A stretch of 50,864 nt of DNA. Source: a virus (lineage: Duplodnaviria; Heunggongvirae; Uroviricota; Caudoviricetes). The position numbers and the translations under genes were made by a program. Under the pieces are notes generated by a model, which saw only the letters and a program-made list of their open reading frames with translations, ran no database searches and had not been told where the DNA came from. The stretch lies in IMG/VR virus record IMGVR_UViG_2695420685_000015. The stretch is one strand, 5' to 3'. Positions 45,938 to 50,864 of the stretch are shown here, piece by piece (the first letter of the stretch is position 1; each line of letters starts with the position of its first letter).

Positions 45938-48900
45938 ATGGAACAGTTCAAGAAGAAAAAATTACCGCTTCTTATTGCCGGTGCTGGTGGCAAGAAAAGT
46001 AAAAGCTCCAGCCGTACCCCGGTTGAAGCTGATGATACTGTAAATTCTCGTGCTATGGCAGCCATCCTCGACCTTCTTGGCGAGGGGGTTATCGGTGGCC
46101 TGGTAAATGGCGCAAAGTCGATCTTCATCGACGATTTACCGATCTTGAATGAAGATGGCTCTTCCAACTTCAGCGGTATTACATGGGATTTTCGTGACGG
46201 CTCACAAGACCAGACGCCAATGGCTGGTTTTGATTTTGTCGAAACGCCTAAGTCCGTAAATATTCAGCTTAAAAAAACACACGACGTTACGGTTTCAATC
46301 GATAACGATGAAGCTGATCGCGTTCGTGTCATCATGAAATTCCCCTCTTTACGTAGCGTTGATAAAAGCTCTGGCGATACAAATGGCACTACGGTGAAGT
46401 ACAAATTCCAGATCGCCAACGGAGACGCAACATTTTCTGATGTAGTGGCAGAAGGTGAGAAAAGCGTTGATATCACGCTAACGGCAAAGAAAACCGGCGT
46501 GTATTACCGTAGCTATGAGCTGAAACTGCCTAAACCTGGCCGTGCATACAAGGTTCGGGTGATTCGTCTTACGGATGATAACAGTAGCCAGTACCTCTAC
46601 AACGATACCTGGGTTGATTCCATCGGTGAGATTGTAGATACCCCCATGAACTACCCTAACTCTGCACTTGTTGGCTTAAAGGTCAATTCAGAGCAGTTTG
46701 GTAGCACAATGCCTTCCCGTTCGTATTTGGTGCGCGGTATCAAAATTCGAGTGCCGTCAAACTACAACGAATACACCAATACTTATGTCGGCGTATGGGA
46801 CGGTACTTTTAAGCTGTTGTCTTCTTCAAACCCTGCGTGGATTCTCTACGATTTGCTTACCAATACTCGGTATGGTCTTGGGCAATTTGTGTCGGAATCC
46901 ATGATTGACCTCGGCCAGCTCTACCAGATTGGTCGATATTGTGACGAAGAGGTCGATGATGGCTTTGGGGGTAAAGAGAAACGCTTTGCAATCAATACGC
47001 AGATCACCAGTCGACAAGACGCATACCGATTAATTCAGGATATTGCCGGTGCATTCCGCGGCATGGTGTTTTGGGCTGGTGGCATGGTTAACATCATGCA
47101 GGATAGCCCATCAGATCCAGTAATGATGTTTACCAACTCCAACGTCAAAGATGGACTGTTTACCTATAAAGGTTCTGCGCGTAAAGATCGCCCATCCGTT
47201 GCGCTCGTAACCTACAACAACAAGGAGGACGGTTATAAGCAAAACATCGAGTACGTTGAAGATCAGGACGCAATGCGCCGTTATGGTGAGCGTAAAACAG
47301 AAGTCGTAGCATTTGGATGTACAAGCCGAGGCCAGGCTCACCGAGTTGGTTTGTGGCTTTTGTATACCGCCAGAATGGAGTCGGATGTAATTACATTTAC
47401 TGCCGGCTTAGACGCCTCATTTCTGATGCCCGGTGAAACCGTTCTGATTCAGAACAAATATCGTGCAGGTAAACGTAACTCCGGTCGAATTGTGGAGTTT
47501 ACCAAAAACAGCATCACTCTCGATGCGCCTGTGTCGTTAGCTAAAAGCGGCAGCTTTATTCGGATATTGAATCAGGAAGGCAAAATCGTTGAGCGCGATG
47601 TTCTTGAAACTGGCGAAAACATAACAAAGGTTACGTTTTCAAAAGCTCTGTCGTCAGCGGAAACGCCTGTTTTGAACGGTGTCTGGACAATTACAGAACC
47701 AGATCTCGAACCTATGCGCGTTCGCATCGTTAACATCGCTCAGGGGGAAACGTCGGGTAGCTTTGACATCACCGCTGTTGAAAACAATCCGTCTAAATAT
47801 GAGGCGATCGACAATGGTGCAACGCTTATCCCGCAGAATACGACGGTATTGGACCCGACTTACTCCAAGCCGTCTAATTTGCAAATCACTGAAGGGACTT
47901 ACCTCTCAAGCCCGGGCAACCTGTCAGTAAAACTGACTGCAACATGGGAAGGGAAATCTCCAGAGTATTGGATCAGTTGGCGACGTTCTGATGAAAACAA
48001 TGTATCGAACTGGCAATCGGCGCGTGTAACCGAAGAGCAATACGAAATCGTTAATGTCGCGGAGAATGGACGCTACGACTTCCAACTGTATGCGGTTTCA
48101 TTCAACGGTAAAAAAACAGAAATTATCAGTACCGTTTATCAGGTGCTGGGCACAATGACACCGCCGGATGCACCAACGTCATTAACGGCCGTTGGAGACT
48201 ATCGTAATGTGATACTGAATTGGGTTAATCCAGATTCGGTAGACCTTGATCACATTAATGTTTACGCATCCCAGACCAACAATCTGGATACGGCGAAACT
48301 GATCGCAGAGTCTGCAAGCACCACCTTTACACATGCTGGTCTTGGGGATAGCGAAACGTGGTATTACTGGGTTCGAGCATCGAACAAGCGAGGTATGTTA
48401 AGCCCTCCGAACTCAAACTTGGGTACAGAGGCGACAACTCGCGATGTACTGTCGTTCCTGGCTGGCAAAATTACATCTTCCGAGCTTGGTCAGGCTCTGC
48501 TTGAGGACATCAACAGCAAAGCCTCTCAAGAAGCAGTTGACGAGTTAAATGAGCATATCAACCAGAGCGTCGAATCTTTGGAGGGGGCGGTAAACGACGT
48601 TAAGGAAGATATAGCTGAATTAGATAAGCAGTTCAGCGATAACCTCGCGGGTTTTGAAATAAAATTCAACGAGCGTAGCGATGCTTTGGAGAACGCACAA
48701 ACCGAGCTTAAAGGTGAGGTTTCGGCAACGATCGACAAGGTCAATGAAGCGTTTGAAAAAATTGATGCTACTGATGCTGCAATTGTTGAAATCGAAAACA
48801 CCGTATCTGAACACGATAAAGCTCTCGCTAATACAGTCGAGGCAATAAAGGCTGCAAGAGACGAAGCGGCGGCTCTTATTGCTAAGGAAAGCGAGGCTCG

Positions 48901-50662
48901 TGTTGAAGGTGATGCCGCAAACGCTAAACAACTGGAAGTGTTGCAGTCGACGGTAGAGGAAAGTTCCGCAGCCGTTGAAGAAATGAAAAAGACGGTTGCA
49001 GAGGTCGATCGTGCCAGTGCAGAACTGACTACGAACATTGAGGCGTTAGCTAAAACAAATATTGACCTGGCTCTTCGTCAAGATGAAGACCAGCACAAGC
49101 AGATGGTCAATAACGCGAAGATCGCAACAACACAGAAAACCTTTGCTGATGATATGTCTGCAATGGCCACGAAGGTTGAGGAAATTCGCGTAGAAATTGG
49201 CGAAGACATTAAGGCCAGTATTCTGGAAGAGTCCACCGCTCGTGCCGATGGCGATGAAGCGTTGGCAAAGCGTGTCACTCAGCTGCAATCTAAGTTTGAA
49301 GGAGATATCAGCGCGGCGATTAGTACAGAACAGGAGGCTCGTACATCTGCCGATGAAGCTTTGACGAAACAAATAACTCAGCTTGAGTCGAAAGTAAGCA
49401 ACGATATTGTCGCAGCCATTAAGGAAGAGCAAAAAGCCCGAGCAACGGAAGATTCGGCTCTGGCAAGCCAGATCACCCAACTTCAGGCAAAAGTTGATGA
49501 TGATATTTCTGCTGCAATACGCAGTGAGCAGGAGGCGCGTGCGAGCGGAGACTCTGCGTTAGCTAAACAAATAAACCAGCTTCAAGCAAAGGTTGACGGT
49601 GATATATCCGCCGCCATCACTCAGGAGCAGGAGGCTAGAGCAAGTGCTGACGAGGCGCTCTCACGAGAAATTAACAGCCTGCGGGCGCAGACCGGAACTG
49701 ACATTGTCGCAGCCGTTGCTGTAGAGACAAAGGCAAGGACTGACGCCGATAGTGCATTGTCCAGCCAGATTACATCTCTTACAGCAAAAGCTAATGATCT
49801 CGAGGCGTCTCTTGCCAAAGAAACAACGGCTCGTGCAGATGGCGATACCGCTTTAACAAAAGAGGTTTCAAGTTTAAAAGCACAGACTGCGAAAGATATT
49901 AGTGCGGCCGTTGCAGTGGAAACGCAGGCTCGAACTGATGCTGACTCGGCGTTGTCATCTCAGATCACCAAGCTGACCTCTCAATACAAAGAGGATATTA
50001 AAGCGGCTGTAGCAACCGAAACGAAAACGCGTACAGAGCAAGATGCGGCATTGGCGACTCAAATCACAAACTTAGAGTCTCAAACAGCAGCCAACATTTC
50101 TGCGGCGGTCACAACTGAAACGACAGCGAGAACGCAGGCAGATAATGCTCTAAGTGGGCGAATCGATACTCTGAAAGCAGAGGTGGATGGAAATACCGCG
50201 ACAATTCAACAGCAGGCAACAGCCATTGCTGATACCAACAAAAAAGTCTCAACCGCGTGGACGTTGAAAATGGAGACTTCAACGAGCGGAGGGCAGAAGT
50301 ATGTTGCCGGTATTGCGCTTGGTATCGACACCACCGGTCTTTCTCAGTTTTTGGTGCAGGCGGACAGATTTGGTTTGGTCAACTCTGTTAACGGGAAGAT
50401 CACCACGCCATTTGTTATCGAAAACAGTATCGCCTATATGAATGGTGCGTATATCAAGGATGGCACAATCACCAATGCAAAAGTAGGCGATCTGCAATCT
50501 ACCAATTTTGTTAGCGGTAGATCTGGATGGCGGTTCGGCAAAAATGGAACGCTTGAGATCAACGGTAATAGCGGCGGCAATGGGCGATTGGTTATAAATG
50601 GTCAGCGGATTGACGTTTATGACGATAACAACGTCTTACGAGTAAGAATTGGCCTTCTGTGA
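45938..50662 (+). CDS. host-specificity / central tail fiber protein (lambda J-like) with C-terminal fiber repeats
   Basis: 1574 aa from ATG 45938; position after M/L/K/I; about ten tandem ~33-aa repeats (E-T-x-A-R-x-x-A-D-x-A-L...I-x-x-L) in the C-terminal third. Confidence 0.8.
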   Translation: MEQFKKKKLPLLIAGAGGKKSKSSSRTPVEADDTVNSRAMAAILDLLGEGVIGGLVNGAKSIFIDDLPILNEDGSSNFSGITWDFRDGSQDQTPMAGFDFVETPKSVNIQLKKTHDVTVSIDNDEADRVRVIMKFPSLRSVDKSSGDTNGTTVKYKFQIANGDATFSDVVAEGEKSVDITLTAKKTGVYYRSYELKLPKPGRAYKVRVIRLTDDNSSQYLYNDTWVDSIGEIVDTPMNYPNSALVGLKVNSEQFGSTMPSRSYLVRGIKIRVPSNYNEYTNTYVGVWDGTFKLLSSSNPAWILYDLLTNTRYGLGQFVSESMIDLGQLYQIGRYCDEEVDDGFGGKEKRFAINTQITSRQDAYRLIQDIAGAFRGMVFWAGGMVNIMQDSPSDPVMMFTNSNVKDGLFTYKGSARKDRPSVALVTYNNKEDGYKQNIEYVEDQDAMRRYGERKTEVVAFGCTSRGQAHRVGLWLLYTARMESDVITFTAGLDASFLMPGETVLIQNKYRAGKRNSGRIVEFTKNSITLDAPVSLAKSGSFIRILNQEGKIVERDVLETGENITKVTFSKALSSAETPVLNGVWTITEPDLEPMRVRIVNIAQGETSGSFDITAVENNPSKYEAIDNGATLIPQNTTVLDPTYSKPSNLQITEGTYLSSPGNLSVKLTATWEGKSPEYWISWRRSDENNVSNWQSARVTEEQYEIVNVAENGRYDFQLYAVSFNGKKTEIISTVYQVLGTMTPPDAPTSLTAVGDYRNVILNWVNPDSVDLDHINVYASQTNNLDTAKLIAESASTTFTHAGLGDSETWYYWVRASNKRGMLSPPNSNLGTEATTRDVLSFLAGKITSSELGQALLEDINSKASQEAVDELNEHINQSVESLEGAVNDVKEDIAELDKQFSDNLAGFEIKFNERSDALENAQTELKGEVSATIDKVNEAFEKIDATDAAIVEIENTVSEHDKALANTVEAIKAARDEAAALIAKESEARVEGDAANAKQLEVLQSTVEESSAAVEEMKKTVAEVDRASAELTTNIEALAKTNIDLALRQDEDQHKQMVNNAKIATTQKTFADDMSAMATKVEEIRVEIGEDIKASILEESTARADGDEALAKRVTQLQSKFEGDISAAISTEQEARTSADEALTKQITQLESKVSNDIVAAIKEEQKARATEDSALASQITQLQAKVDDDISAAIRSEQEARASGDSALAKQINQLQAKVDGDISAAITQEQEARASADEALSREINSLRAQTGTDIVAAVAVETKARTDADSALSSQITSLTAKANDLEASLAKETTARADGDTALTKEVSSLKAQTAKDISAAVAVETQARTDADSALSSQITKLTSQYKEDIKAAVATETKTRTEQDAALATQITNLESQTAANISAAVTTETTARTQADNALSGRIDTLKAEVDGNTATIQQQATAIADTNKKVSTAWTLKMETSTSGGQKYVAGIALGIDTTGLSQFLVQADRFGLVNSVNGKITTPFVIENSIAYMNGAYIKDGTITNAKVGDLQSTNFVSGRSGWRFGKNGTLEINGNSGGNGRLVINGQRIDVYDDNNVLRVRIGLL
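49230..50200 (+). repeat. intragenic tandem repeat array in J-like gene (~99-bp units)
   Basis: Units such as TEQEARTSADEALTKQITQLESKVSNDIVAAIK, EEQKARATEDSALASQITQLQAKVDDDISAAIR, VETKARTDADSALSSQITSLTAK. Confidence 0.7.
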
Positions 50663-50692
50663 TGGTAGAAAAAAATATTTATATCGGTAAAA

Positions 50693-50711
50693 ATAAGTAT
50701 GTACTTACTTA
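50693..50711. promoter_or_regulatory. class-B palindrome copy after J
   Basis: ataagtatgtacttactta followed by hairpin ggtgggcaaggatagcccacc and an AAGGAG RBS. Confidence 0.4.
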
Positions 50712-50864
50712 ATGGTGGGCAAGGATAGCCCACCAAATCAAGGAGCATATTCATGTACTGACCCCAAAAAGTTGGACAGTTAAACACGAGGCATATAGGT
50801 CTGATTCCGATATTCAATTGGAGTCAGACCTTTTAATTTCAGGCTAATTCTTCTGCTGTTGTAG

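Noticed and set aside
50617-50817. Minus-strand ORF 50617-50817 and the two-codon ATG-TAC-TGA mini-ORF at 50753 after J
   Set aside because: The minus ORF overlaps the J stop and a terminator hairpin; the plus mini-ORF is two codons long. The AAGGAG RBS at 50740 probably belongs to regulatory sequence, or a sequence change relative to relatives removed an ORF.

Overview
This 50.9-kb window is almost entirely phage or prophage-type DNA in an Escherichia-like context. I found no tRNA, rRNA, CRISPR array, integrase, transposase, repressor, lysis or replication-initiator genes, and the window begins and ends inside the element, so it is a slice of a larger genome. Layout: (1) 1-9415, a rightward array of about 16 small accessory genes, most with their own sigma70-like promoter carrying a conserved AGAAAACAAnTTGTTTT palindrome and their own terminator; recognisable products are a TerB-like protein, an orphan N6-adenine methyltransferase, a SpoT-like HD hydrolase, a ClpX-zinc-finger-like protein and a DUF551-like protein. 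(2) 10176-10601, a UmuD-prime-like gene behind a canonical LexA box. (3) 10639-13930, bacterial housekeeping genes apbC (mrp) and metG embedded between phage-type DNA. (4) 14093-19718, a second small-gene array with the same promoter family, interrupted by a ~760-bp A+C-rich ORF-free tract and GGAAACGGC iteron-like repeats. (5) 20335-24944, a leftward cluster: an AT-rich three-gene cassette, exported proteins and an SF2 helicase. (6) 25027-50662, a rightward siphovirus late module: two ParB-like proteins, an ABC-type ATPase, terminase small and large subunits, portal, scaffold, major capsid, Ig-like decoration protein, head-tail joining proteins, major tail protein, G/GT chaperone, tape measure and lambda M/L/K/I/J-like tail-tip proteins. 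A second palindrome (TAAGTA-n-TACTTA) marks late operon boundaries. All functional calls rest on motifs read by eye and recalled family signatures; no database search was run, and start codons were chosen by hand because the ORF track also uses GTG and TTG starts.
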